Shown: piece after piece, positions 28,485 through 40,618 of the stretch
Position numbering within the stretch: position 1 is the stretch's first letter
Layout: every line of letters begins with the position of its first letter
Origin: an uncultured Armatimonadia bacterium
GTDB taxonomy: Bacteria > Armatimonadota > Zipacnadia > UBA1398 > CAZMGT01
Assembly: GCA_964565895.1 (NCBI GenBank)
Contig: CAZMGT010000006.1
Coordinates: forward strand, 1,533 to 65,532
Reading direction: 5' to 3'
Length of the DNA stretch: 64,000 bases
Position numbers and translations under genes: made by a program
The notes under the pieces: model-generated
The model's input: only the letters and a program-made list of their open reading frames with translations
The model's database searches: none
Told to the model about the DNA's origin: nothing

Positions 28485-28910
28485 GTGAGCAGGCTTTCCG
28501 CTTGGCTGTTGCCGATAGCTACCCTCCTGGCAGCCGCGCTCGCCGCGGCTGCTTTCGCACAACCGGCGCGGCCGAAGACCGTAGCGCTTAACCTTGTTTT
28601 GCAAAACGACACGATCGTCGCCGCCGAGCTAGACGGCAAGCCTGCCTTGCAAAGTGAGAAAAACGCCGCGCGGGGGACGATTAAGTTCATCCAGGTGCGG
28701 CGCAACGACCGCGTAAAGATCGTTTGCCAAAGCAAAGACAAGACCTACAAGCTGCGCATTAAGGGCAAGCGGGGGACCGATGTTATCGTCGAGCCGAGCA
28801 AGCCCAGCTCCCCGCTTTATGTTGTGTTTACCAGAGCGAGCGACGAGGAAATTGAGCTTTTCGTCGGGGAAACGAAGGTTAGCAAAAACCTCTTCCTGCG
28901 CGTCCGCTAA
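28485..28910 (+). CDS. Small secreted hypothetical protein (141 aa)
   Basis: GTG start with GGGGGA 6 nt upstream. Signal peptide (LSAWLLPIATLLAAALAAAAFAQ). Visibly lower GC than the flanks. Confidence 0.45.
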   Translation: MSRLSAWLLPIATLLAAALAAAAFAQPARPKTVALNLVLQNDTIVAAELDGKPALQSEKNAARGTIKFIQVRRNDRVKIVCQSKDKTYKLRIKGKRGTDVIVEPSKPSSPLYVVFTRASDEEIELFVGETKVSKNLFLRVR

Positions 28911-29039
28911 GGCGAGCAAACCCTCTTTGTTTCCTCCGCCCGCGGCTTGAAGCGGCGTGGCGTTTGCGCCAGGCAGGTTGCCGCGCGCTTGTGCGCGAAC
29001 AGCCTCTAGTCCAGTTCGACGAGGACAGGGAGGAAGGCA

Positions 29040-30083
29040 GTGATCGTCCGCGCGCACGCCCACGCCCGCGCGGGGCTTCTGGGCAACCCCTCCGACGGCT
29101 TTTTCGGCAAGACCATTGCCCTTGAGGTGCGCAACTTTCGCGCCACGGTAACGATGTGGGAGAGCCCCTGGCTGGAGATCGTCCCCAACCCCGCGCACGA
29201 CCCGACGCGCTTTGACTCGCTCGACCAGCTCGTCACACGGGCGCAGACGGAGGGATACTACGGCGGCCTGCGCCTGCTGTTGGCTACGTGCACGCGCTTC
29301 GCGAGCTACTGCCGCGCACAGGGCATCGCCCTCCCCGCGCGCAACTTCACCATGGTTTACGAGACGAACATCCCCCGGCAAGTGGGCCTGGGTGGGTCGA
29401 GCGCCATCGTCTGCGCCATGTTTCGCGCGCTGATGAAGTTCTACGAGGTGCCCGAGGAACGCATCCCCCTGCCCTTGCTTCCGCGGCTTCTCCTCGAGGT
29501 CGAATCGCGCGAGCTGGGCATTCAGGCCGGCCTGCAGGACCGCGTGATCGTCGCCTACGGCGGCCTGGTCTACATGGACTTCTCACGCGAGCTAATGGAA
29601 AGCCAAGGCCACGGCCGCTACGAGCGCATGGACCCCGCCCTCCTTCCGCGGCTGTTCATCGCCTACGGCCCGCCGAGCGCCGAATCCGGCCGCGCGCACA
29701 ACCCCGTCCGCTTTCGCTGGGAGCAGGGCGACCCCGAAGTGCGCCAGGCTATGGAGCAGTTCGCAAGCTATGCCGAGCAGGGCAAGGCCGCGTTGCAGGC
29801 GCGCGACTATGAGACGCTCGGCGAGCTGATGGACAAGAACTTCGACCTTCGGCGCAAAGTCTACGGCGACGAGGTAATCGGCGAGCGCAACCTGCGCCTG
29901 GTAAACATCGCGCGGTCGCTTGGCCTGCCCGTTAAGTTCCCCGGCTCGGGCGGCGCGGTTATCGGGATGTACCGCTCGGAGGAGGAGTGGGAGAAGCTCC
30001 GCGAGGCCTATGCCGCGGAAGGCTTTGAGGTCGTTAGCGTTTGCCCGCTGGCCGAGGAGCAAGCCGAAAGCGGCGAGCAATAA
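29040..30083 (+). CDS. GHMP-family sugar kinase
   Basis: GHMP motif PRQVGLGGSSA. GTG start with GGGAGGAAGG upstream. Confidence 0.75.
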   Translation: MIVRAHAHARAGLLGNPSDGFFGKTIALEVRNFRATVTMWESPWLEIVPNPAHDPTRFDSLDQLVTRAQTEGYYGGLRLLLATCTRFASYCRAQGIALPARNFTMVYETNIPRQVGLGGSSAIVCAMFRALMKFYEVPEERIPLPLLPRLLLEVESRELGIQAGLQDRVIVAYGGLVYMDFSRELMESQGHGRYERMDPALLPRLFIAYGPPSAESGRAHNPVRFRWEQGDPEVRQAMEQFASYAEQGKAALQARDYETLGELMDKNFDLRRKVYGDEVIGERNLRLVNIARSLGLPVKFPGSGGAVIGMYRSEEEWEKLREAYAAEGFEVVSVCPLAEEQAESGEQ

Positions 30084-30117
30084 CCGCCCGCCGGAGCCGC
30101 CGGCGACCGCCGCCCCG

Positions 30118-31080
30118 CTAAACGAGCCCCGCGCTGTGCTTTTCCTTAAACCACTGCGCAAAGCGCGCAAGGCCTGTCTCCAAGTCCACGCGCGGGCTAT
30201 AGCCAAACATGCGCTGCGACTTGGTAATGTCCGAATGTGTCGCGGGAACGTCGCCGGGCTGCTCTTCCACGTGCACCACGCGCGCCGTTACCCCAAGGTG
30301 GCGCTCGAGCGCGGCGACGACGTCGTTGAGCACCACGGGCCGAGAACAGCCCAAGTTAAAGATCTCAAACGAAAACTTCCGCTCAACCACAGCGCAGATG
30401 GCATCGATTACGTCGTCGATATACGTGTAGTCGCGCACCGAGGTCCCGTCGCCGTAGATCTCGATCTCTTTGCCCTCGACCATGCGCTTGGCGAACTTGT
30501 GAATGGCCATGTCCGGCCGCTGGCGCGGGCCGTAAACGGTGAAAAAGCGCAACACCGTCGTGGGAATGCCGTACAGGTGGGCATAGGTGCGACAAAGCGC
30601 CTCGCCGGCGATCTTCGTTGCAGCATAGGGCGAAACGGGGTATGTCAGTGCATCGCTTTCCGCAAACGGCCGCTTTTCGTTCCTGCCATATACGCTCGAA
30701 GAGGAGGCGAACACGAAACACTGCGCGCCATAGCGCCGCGCGGCCTCGAGCAACACCAGCGTCCCGTTAACGTTTACCTCCTCATACAGAAACGGGGACT
30801 CGATCGACGGCCGCGGCCCAGCGCGCGCGGCAAGGTGCACGACAACCTCGGCGCAGCCCCGGCGGAAAAGGTCGCTCACCAGGTCGCTGTCCAAAATGTC
30901 CCCCACGACGACGGCAAAGTTCTTCTTGCCCTGCAACGCGGAGATGTTATCCCACTTCAGCGCGGGGCTGTAGTATTCGTTAAACGAGTCCAGGCAGCAA
31001 ACGCGATGGCCCTCGCGCACGAGGCGCTCGCACAGGTGCGAGCCGATAAACCCTGCTCCGCCGGTAACGAGGAAGTTCAC
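30118..31080 (-). CDS. NAD-dependent epimerase/dehydratase (UDP-sugar 4-epimerase family)
   Basis: Rossmann motif TGGAGFIGSH and the YxxxK catalytic dyad (YAATK). Confidence 0.85.
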   Translation of the reverse strand: MNFLVTGGAGFIGSHLCERLVREGHRVCCLDSFNEYYSPALKWDNISALQGKKNFAVVVGDILDSDLVSDLFRRGCAEVVVHLAARAGPRPSIESPFLYEEVNVNGTLVLLEAARRYGAQCFVFASSSSVYGRNEKRPFAESDALTYPVSPYAATKIAGEALCRTYAHLYGIPTTVLRFFTVYGPRQRPDMAIHKFAKRMVEGKEIEIYGDGTSVRDYTYIDDVIDAICAVVERKFSFEIFNLGCSRPVVLNDVVAALERHLGVTARVVHVEEQPGDVPATHSDITKSQRMFGYSPRVDLETGLARFAQWFKEKHSAGLV

Positions 31081-31096
31081 GCCGCGCTCTCCATCG

Positions 31097-32332
31097 CTAG
31101 TTTGGGTTGCGTCCCTCGGCCTCTAGCCGGGCAAGCGTCGCGCGGAAGTTCTCGAACACCGCGCGGTGAAACTCAGGGAGAGACATGCCGGCAAGCTGGG
31201 CGTCGGTCTTCGCAATGTGCAGCACAGGCTGGCCATAGAGCTGTATCTCGCGGTTCGTCTCCGTATACAGCCCCTTTTCCTCAAACGTCTTGCTCCACCC
31301 GCCAATGGCAAACGTGCCCAACCCGCGCGCAAGAGCAATGTTGTTTATCGCGTCGCACGCCTCGCGCATGCGTTGTTCGGGCGTTTTGCCATTCACCGGC
31401 TCGGGGCCGGCCTGATAAACGACATAATCGCCCAAGCGCACCTGCCACACGCGCAGGCCCTCGGCCACTTCAACTTGTTCCGCAAACGCCTTAAACCCGC
31501 GCAACACCTTCGCCCGGTTAATGGGCAGCCCCTTGGCCTTCATCAGGTTAACGATCTCCCGGCAGCGCTCGGCCGAAGGGGGGTGCGTGTCCCAGGCGCG
31601 CAACTGCGGCGGGGGCTGGTAGTACTGCCGCGCGAGCTCGGCAAACCGCTCCATTACCGTTAAAAACCCCGTTGGGTCATATTTCGTGCGCGAGAGATAC
31701 TCCAAGCCAACGGCGTCCGCTTCCATCTCCATCGGTCGGCTATAGCCGGCCATAATGTTCGCGCGCACAAGCTGGACGATGGTCATTAGGCTAAACACAT
31801 CCTCCGCGCGCACGTTAAACAACAGCGCCGCAAGCAGAGCCAGCCACTGCCCCTTTTGCACGCTGCGGTCCTTGTCTCTCTGGCGCAGGGGGTGATACAG
31901 GCAGTTGTGCGCCAGCTCGTGGGCAAGCACCCCGGCGAGCTCGTGCTCGGACTGGCAAAAGCGCAGCAGCCCCTTCGTCACGCGCACATATCCGCCCGAG
32001 ATGGCAAACGCATTAGGGACCTCGACGTTGAGGATCTTTACGTCATACTTCACATCCGGGCGGTCGGAAACCGCAGCGATCTCGTTCACGATCCGCTGCA
32101 CGCGGGCAAGCTGCTCCGGGTCGTCGACAACGCCAAACTGCTTGTCGATCTCCTGGGCAATGCGCTTGCCGAACTCCTGCTCGACCTTCGGCGGGTAGCG
32201 CTTGGCGAGCTGGGCGATGAGTTTTTTACGCTCCTCCTCCGAGGTAACGTCGCCGCGCGCCGCGCCGACCACGCCCAGGCAAAGCGCCAGCAAAAACAGC
32301 GCCCAGCGGCGGCTATTTGCTTTTCTGAGCAT
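31097..32332 (-). CDS. Secreted M48-family Zn metallopeptidase
   Basis: Signal peptide. HELAHN zinc motif. Confidence 0.8.
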   Translation of the reverse strand: MLRKANSRRWALFLLALCLGVVGAARGDVTSEEERKKLIAQLAKRYPPKVEQEFGKRIAQEIDKQFGVVDDPEQLARVQRIVNEIAAVSDRPDVKYDVKILNVEVPNAFAISGGYVRVTKGLLRFCQSEHELAGVLAHELAHNCLYHPLRQRDKDRSVQKGQWLALLAALLFNVRAEDVFSLMTIVQLVRANIMAGYSRPMEMEADAVGLEYLSRTKYDPTGFLTVMERFAELARQYYQPPPQLRAWDTHPPSAERCREIVNLMKAKGLPINRAKVLRGFKAFAEQVEVAEGLRVWQVRLGDYVVYQAGPEPVNGKTPEQRMREACDAINNIALARGLGTFAIGGWSKTFEEKGLYTETNREIQLYGQPVLHIAKTDAQLAGMSLPEFHRAVFENFRATLARLEAEGRNPN

Positions 32333-32534
32333 TCGCTTTCCCCACGCCCCCGTTTTGCGCCAGCGCCTCTTGCCGGCGCGCTGCCACTGCGTTCAACGCT
32401 TCGCTGCTGCAAACAATTTCATCACAGCGGGCGTTCTCGCGCAAGGGCTCAGCAAAGCGCAAAAAAAAACGCCCACAAGCGGGGCGCAAAACGGGGACAA
32501 AAAAGCAAGGCAAAACAAAGCGCGCGGCTTTGGG

Positions 32535-33170
32535 CTAAAAGCCCAAGTGCTCGCCCATCTTAAACTTTTGCACTTTGCGGCGCACGCGGCACAGGGCGTT
32601 GTCCACAGACTTGGGCGTGCTCCCATGCTCGTCGGCGATCTCCTGGTAGGACTTGCCCTGGGAGAAGCCCAAGAACACGCTCCACTCGAAGTCGCTGAGG
32701 TTTTCGCGCAGGCTCTGCTTCAGCTCGCGCACCGTTTCGCGGCTGATGAGCAGGCGCTCGGGGTCGGTCTCCTCGGAGGGCGCGGGAACGTCGAGGATGT
32801 CCTGCCCCCCTTCCTCGCGGCTCCCCCCGCCCAGCGAGGTCTGGTAGACAAGAGGCAACTGCCGCTGGCTCGAGCCACTCTTTACCGCGGTGATCATCTG
32901 CCGCGTAATGCACACGTCGGCGAACGTGCGAAACGAGCAGGAGCGGTCGGGGCGAAAGTCGCGGATGGCCTTAAATAGGCCGATCATCCCCTCCTGGATC
33001 ATGTCGTCGCGGTCGGCGCCCTGCAGGAAGTATGAGCGGGACTTAAAGAGGACAACGGACTTGTATTTTTTGAGTAGGTAGTCGACGGCAGCGGTGTCGC
33101 CTTGCTTGCCCAGTTCGACGATGTATTCGTCCGGATAGCGCTCGTATGAGCGAGAGCCGGGACGTGGCAA
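32535..33170 (-). CDS. RNA polymerase sigma factor, SigH (sigma-30)-like
   Basis: Strong similarity to B. subtilis SigH as recalled (YL..KYK.......RSYFL.GADR.D..QEGMIGL.K.IRDF, C.TRQ.ITA.K, SYQEI.D......KS.DNAL.RV.RK). Start set at TTG 33170, preceded by GGAGGAAG with a 6-nt spacer; the track's 23-aa extension is discounted. Confidence 0.75.
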   Translation of the reverse strand: MPRPGSRSYERYPDEYIVELGKQGDTAAVDYLLKKYKSVVLFKSRSYFLQGADRDDMIQEGMIGLFKAIRDFRPDRSCSFRTFADVCITRQMITAVKSGSSQRQLPLVYQTSLGGGSREEGGQDILDVPAPSEETDPERLLISRETVRELKQSLRENLSDFEWSVFLGFSQGKSYQEIADEHGSTPKSVDNALCRVRRKVQKFKMGEHLGF

Positions 33171-33371
33171 CTGGCTTCCTCCACCGACGACGCGGGATTG
33201 TGACGTGAGGAGTCTAGCAGCGGCGGTGGGTGGTGTCAAGGATAAGTTTTCTTTCGGCCTAAATTTTGCCGCCTGCCTTACTGTGGAAAAGTGGAAAACC
33301 GGCGGGATACTATATCCTGTATGCTTTTTCCGCTGGGCACAACATGTGGAGACTTGGTGGACAAACGCGCG

Positions 33372-36315
<2,944 letters not shown>

Positions 36316-36474
36316 TGGGCGACACCGCTTCTTTGCTTTGCCGAAGTTGGTCGGGAAGTATACCTTATCTTCGAGGGATGAACAACAGCACCTGCCCCGC
36401 CCGCGCCGGGCTGTTAGCTACGCATGGGACAGGCCGGCGAACGTCCCGTCCCCTGCTCCCGACGCGCCGGGCCG

Positions 36475-36930
36475 CTAGCCTCCCTCCGCTGCCGCTTCCG
36501 CTTCCCGGGCCAGCCCGTCAAGCATCCGCTCGCAGTTCGCGCGCACGAGCCGCGCAATAACCGTTTTCAGCAGCGGCCCGATGAGGGGCACGTCGATCTC
36601 CACCTCAATGCGCAGCTTCACCCGCGTCTTTCCCTGCGCTTCCTCGAAGCTCCACACGCCCTCGTACTTGCTATAGTCCCCCTCCACCTGGGCGAAGCGG
36701 CAGACATGCGCCTCGTCGTCCCACTCGTCTCGCTCCGTCCACTCGATCTTCCGGTTAAACTGCTTGACCACGCCCACCCAGCGCGAGATCGTGCGCGAGC
36801 CCTGGCGCTCCAGGACGACAACCTCCTCAACGTCGTCCATAAACTCCGGAAAGCGCTCGATGTCCTTGGCCAGGGCGTAGACGGTATCCAGCGGGGCGCA
36901 GATCGTGCGCTCTACCTCGATTTCCGGCAC
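36475..36930 (-). CDS. SRPBCC (polyketide cyclase/dehydrase-like, START-fold) protein
   Basis: GTG start at 36930 with GGGAGGG 8 nt upstream gives a protein of about 151 aa with typical SRPBCC topology. The track's 76-aa Arg/Ala-rich extension is discounted. Confidence 0.6.
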   Translation of the reverse strand: MPEIEVERTICAPLDTVYALAKDIERFPEFMDDVEEVVVLERQGSRTISRWVGVVKQFNRKIEWTERDEWDDEAHVCRFAQVEGDYSKYEGVWSFEEAQGKTRVKLRIEVEIDVPLIGPLLKTVIARLVRANCERMLDGLAREAEAAAEGG

Positions 36931-37400
36931 GGCTTTCGCCCTCCCGCCTGCGCAGCGGCGCGCGCCTGCTCCCTGAGCGCCCGCGGCGGAGCGATGCTCA
37001 GCCAGGCGGACGTCGGTTTCAGCTCCAGCTCGGCATAGTCCTGCATAATCTGCGGCGCGTCGTCGAGCCAGCGCTCGACCTTGCCGATGGGGCAGGGGAA
37101 AAACTCCGCGTGGCCCATCAGCCGGCACGCCAGCGGCCGCACGGGGTAAATGGCGCACAAGCGGCGCTCCGTGTCATAAAACAGGCAGTGCCGCTCGAGC
37201 ACTCCGTCGCCTAAGTCGATCGTTTTGTCCTGGGCGAGCAGCCGACGCAGCGCCGCGGGGCCGAGCTGGCGGTCGAGATACCGCCGCACGCGCTCCCACT
37301 CCCAGCGACACATGCTAATGTCGCCCGCGCAGCGCAGGGCGCACTCGTGGCAGCCCACGCAGTAGCGCTCGTTAGGAATCGCCGCGTAGATTTTGGGCAA
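36912..37400 (-). CDS. Putative YkgJ/UPF0153-like cysteine-cluster (Fe-S or Zn chelating) protein
   Basis: N-proximal C-x2-C-x2-C-x3-C cluster (YCVGCHECALRC). Start tentatively the TTG at 37400, just after the upstream gene's stop; start uncertain. Confidence 0.35.
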   Translation of the reverse strand: MPKIYAAIPNERYCVGCHECALRCAGDISMCRWEWERVRRYLDRQLGPAALRRLLAQDKTIDLGDGVLERHCLFYDTERRLCAIYPVRPLACRLMGHAEFFPCPIGKVERWLDDAPQIMQDYAELELKPTSAWLSIAPPRALREQARAAAQAGGRKPCRKSR

Positions 37401-37414
37401 GTCGCGCGCCGGGT

Positions 37415-38302
37415 CTATCTGACAAACCCCTGCCTTCGCAAACTGGAGAACAAAATGTCCTCCAGCGAGCTGTCCGTTCGCGCAAGAACATAGCCTACGT
37501 TGTGCCGCGTGCACCAGCGCCGAACGCCTTCGCAAAACGCCCTCGCCCGCTCGCGATAGCGCCGAAGCAGGCGGCCGGTAACGGTAATCTCGCGAGCCTG
37601 GCCGGTCTCCGCGTCAACAAGTTTAAGGTCGCCGCGGACGCGCGGCTCGAGCTCCTCCGGATTGAGCACGTGCACGACGGCGACGTCGAACCCGCGCCCG
37701 ACAACGGCGCGCAGGCCCTCCTCGTAGCCGCGCGGGTCGAGAAGGTCGGAGAGGACAAAGAGCACCCCGGGGTTTTTCACGGCAAACGCCAGCTCGCGCA
37801 AGGCATGGCTAACGTTCGTCTCGCCCTGCGGCTCTAGCGCCCCAAGCCAGGCCAGGGCGGCGGGCGCGCTGGGCCGGCCGCGCACCGGCCCGAAGCTTTC
37901 GCCCAGCCCCTGGGAGAAGGCAAACAGCCCCACTTGGTCCAGGTTGCACAAGGCGACATAGGCCAACGCCGCGGCAAGCTTCTTGGCGTAGGTCAGCTTC
38001 CTCTCCCCCTCGCCAAACGCCATGGAGCGGCTGCAGTCCAGCGCGATGTAGACAAACAGGTCCTCCTCTTCCACGAAAAGCTTCAAAAACAGCTTTTCCA
38101 GCCGCCCATAAAGCGGCCAGTCGATGCGCCGAAAGTCGTCGCCGGGGACGTAGGGGCGGAAGTCGGCGAACTCGATCGATGTCCCGTGGCGTGGGCTGGG
38201 CCTTTCCCCCTTCATCGAGCCGACAAATACCCGCCGCGTGGCGATGGCCAAGCGCTCTAGCTTGCGCAGAAACTGTTGCTCAAGAAGCTCGCTCTGGGGC
38301 AT
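37415..38302 (-). CDS. DUF58 (vWA-like) protein, MoxR partner
   Basis: DUF58 signature (G.S.EF.D.R.Y..GDD.R.IDW). ATG at 38302 preceded by GGGAGAAGG. Overlaps the end of moxR by 23 nt. Confidence 0.8.
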   Translation of the reverse strand: MPQSELLEQQFLRKLERLAIATRRVFVGSMKGERPSPRHGTSIEFADFRPYVPGDDFRRIDWPLYGRLEKLFLKLFVEEEDLFVYIALDCSRSMAFGEGERKLTYAKKLAAALAYVALCNLDQVGLFAFSQGLGESFGPVRGRPSAPAALAWLGALEPQGETNVSHALRELAFAVKNPGVLFVLSDLLDPRGYEEGLRAVVGRGFDVAVVHVLNPEELEPRVRGDLKLVDAETGQAREITVTGRLLRRYRERARAFCEGVRRWCTRHNVGYVLARTDSSLEDILFSSLRRQGFVR

Positions 38303-39353
38303 TGCCCTGCCCTTCTCCCGCGCCCTCTGCCACCGAGCGCAGCGCGCCGCGGGGCTCCTCACCCTCAGCGACCGTGGGCACGTGCTCCAGGACCTCGTCA
38401 ACGAGAGCGTCGGTGCTTATCCCCTCGGCCTCGCCCTCGAAATTGAGAATGATCCTGTGGCGCAGGGCGGGGTGGGCTATGGCGCGAATGTCCTCAAACG
38501 CCACGCAAAACCGCCCATCGAGCAGCGCGCGCACCTTGCCCCCGAGGACGAGCGCCTGCGCCCCGCGCGGCGACGCCCCATAGGCCACATACCGGCGGAC
38601 CAGCTCCGGCGCGCTCTCGCACCCCGGGTGCGTGGCGAGCACGAGGCGGATGGCGTAGTCCTGCACGTGCTCGGCGATGGGCGTTTGGCGCACGAGCCGG
38701 CGCATGGCCAGCACGCGCTCGCCGCTGCACACGGGCTTGAGCTCGGCGATCTCCGCGCCTGTCGTGCGGTTGAGGATTTCCGCGAGCTGCTCGCGCGTGG
38801 GGAAGTTAACGAGGACCTTAAACATAAAGCGGTCGAGCTGCGCCTCGGGGAGGGGATAGGTGCCCGCCATTTCGATCGGGTTTTGCGTGGCGAGCACGAC
38901 ATAGGGCTCGTTTAGCCGGCGCACCTCGCCGGCCACGGTCACGCTGTGCTCCTGCATGGCCTCGAGCAGGGCCGACTGCGTCTTTGGCGTGGCGCGGTTA
39001 ATCTCGTCGGCGAGAATGATGTTCGCAAAAATCGGCCCGGGCTGAAACTCAAAATAGCGCCGGCCGGTGGCCTGGTCTTCCATAACGATGTTCGTGCCGA
39101 TAATGTCCGCGGGCATGAGGTCCGGGGTAAACTGAATGCGCGAAAACTTAAGGTCGAGCACACGCGCCAGGGTGCGCACGAGCAGGGTTTTGCCTAGCCC
39201 AGGCACACCCTCGAGCAGCACGTGGCCGTCGGCGACGAGGCACGTTAGCACGCCGTCGATAACTTCCTCCAGCCCGACGATCACCCGCTGGATCTCGCCG
39301 CGGATGCGTAAGAGGTCCTCGCGAAATTGCTGCGCCTGCTCCTCTGCCTCCAT
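38280..39353 (-). CDS. MoxR-family AAA+ ATPase
   Basis: Walker A GVPGLGKT, Walker B LADEINR, sensor motifs. ATG at 39353 preceded by AAGGGGTG. The track's 170-aa extension is discounted. Confidence 0.9.
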   Translation of the reverse strand: MEAEEQAQQFREDLLRIRGEIQRVIVGLEEVIDGVLTCLVADGHVLLEGVPGLGKTLLVRTLARVLDLKFSRIQFTPDLMPADIIGTNIVMEDQATGRRYFEFQPGPIFANIILADEINRATPKTQSALLEAMQEHSVTVAGEVRRLNEPYVVLATQNPIEMAGTYPLPEAQLDRFMFKVLVNFPTREQLAEILNRTTGAEIAELKPVCSGERVLAMRRLVRQTPIAEHVQDYAIRLVLATHPGCESAPELVRRYVAYGASPRGAQALVLGGKVRALLDGRFCVAFEDIRAIAHPALRHRIILNFEGEAEGISTDALVDEVLEHVPTVAEGEEPRGALRSVAEGAGEGQGNAPERAS

Positions 39354-39506
39354 GGCGCACCCCTTGCGCGCAAGCGGAAAACGCTCCAAGCTCCGCGTCC
39401 TGTGCCAAACTTCGCTCCCCGCCGCGGCATCCCTCGTCCGCGGGAAGGAACGCTGGGCGGCCGCGCGAAGTGCTATTGCGGCCACGCTTTCCCGCGGGAG
39501 GACGCC

Positions 39507-40541
39507 GTGGATCTGTTTCAGGTAACCGAACGCGCGCGGCGCTCGCTGGGCATGGTCGTCCCCGTATATTTCCCTCAATCCGTCCCGCAGGAGACGCAGC
39601 GCCAGTTCCTCTGGGCCACGCTCCACGGGGCACATCATTTCGTCCGTCCCGAGCACATCCTCCTCGTCGTCGACGGCGTAAGCTGGGTCCGCCCCGCGGT
39701 GGAAGAGGTGCGCCGCATGTTCGCGGAGGAGGCGGGCGCGGGGTTTGAGGTCCTCTGGCTCGACCAAAACCAGGGCAAGGGCGGGGCCATTTGCCGTGCA
39801 TTTGAGGAGATCCTCCGCGTGGCGGAGATCGACCGCGTGTGCATCCGCGACGACGACGCGGACCACTCCATCTACGATCTCCCCGAGGCCTTGCTTCTTT
39901 ACGAGCGCATTGCCCAGGCGGAGGAGACGGAGCTTATCGTGGTCAACGGCCGGCGGGCGAACGTGAGGCGCGTGCTCGGGCTTGCCCGCGGCGAGTTCGA
40001 GCTGCTCATGGACCGCGTGACGTGGGAGACGCTGCGCTTTTACCTTGCCCGCCGGGGCCGCGCGCCGAACGAGCAGTGGTTTTGCGCCTATCCCGAGCCG
40101 CCGGATATTGAAAGTGGCTACAAGCTATACAGTCGCCGCGCGGCGACGCTTCTCGTCGAGGGCCTAACCCGTGCCGCGCGCTGGGACAGCGCTGTGCCCA
40201 TCCTTCGCTTCGGGGTAGAAATCGTCCCCGCGGTGGAGTGCTTGGTTGCCGGGGGCGTGCTCGGGGAGATTATGCGCACCGCCGCCGAGGCCCCGCCGCT
40301 GACGACGTTTGGCCGCGGGGCAACGCTCGCCGAGCTGTTCGGCGCCGAAGCGCGCTGGCTGTTCTATCGCCTGGAGATTCCCGCGCAGGCTGCGGGGCAG
40401 ATTTTGCGCAACGCCATCGCCCGCTGCCCCCTGCTTCATTTGGACGAGGGGCGCGAGGCGCTCGCCGAGTTCTACCGCCGCGCGCTCGCCGATCTCGCCG
40501 AGCAGCCCGAGCTAAACCTCGCCCTTCCTCCCCGCTTCTAG
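39507..40541 (+). CDS. Hypothetical protein, possible GT-A fold (GT2-like) glycosyltransferase
   Basis: GTG at 39507 with GGGAGGA upstream. VVPVYFP, ILLVVDG and an acidic DDDAD (DxD-like) motif suggest a GT-A fold. Confidence 0.35.
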   Translation: MDLFQVTERARRSLGMVVPVYFPQSVPQETQRQFLWATLHGAHHFVRPEHILLVVDGVSWVRPAVEEVRRMFAEEAGAGFEVLWLDQNQGKGGAICRAFEEILRVAEIDRVCIRDDDADHSIYDLPEALLLYERIAQAEETELIVVNGRRANVRRVLGLARGEFELLMDRVTWETLRFYLARRGRAPNEQWFCAYPEPPDIESGYKLYSRRAATLLVEGLTRAARWDSAVPILRFGVEIVPAVECLVAGGVLGEIMRTAAEAPPLTTFGRGATLAELFGAEARWLFYRLEIPAQAAGQILRNAIARCPLLHLDEGREALAEFYRRALADLAEQPELNLALPPRF

Positions 40542-40618
40542 CCGCGCTTGAGTGGAAGGAGCCGCCTTCGCCGCGCCAGAATTGCGCTTTGTTGCCCAAG
40601 CAAAGGAGGCGAGAGAAC

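Noticed and set aside
36316-36474. Possible lysine riboswitch or T-box leader upstream of the aspartokinase gene.
   Set aside because: The gap is only 159 nt. I could not recognise L-box conserved segments. Not supportable without a covariance-model scan.
40238-40618. 127-aa N-terminal part of ORF 40238..41623, overlapping the 3' end of the GT-A-like gene.
   Set aside because: It is Arg-rich and in a different frame from a gene with better support. A strong SD (AAGGAGG) sits before the TTG at 40619.
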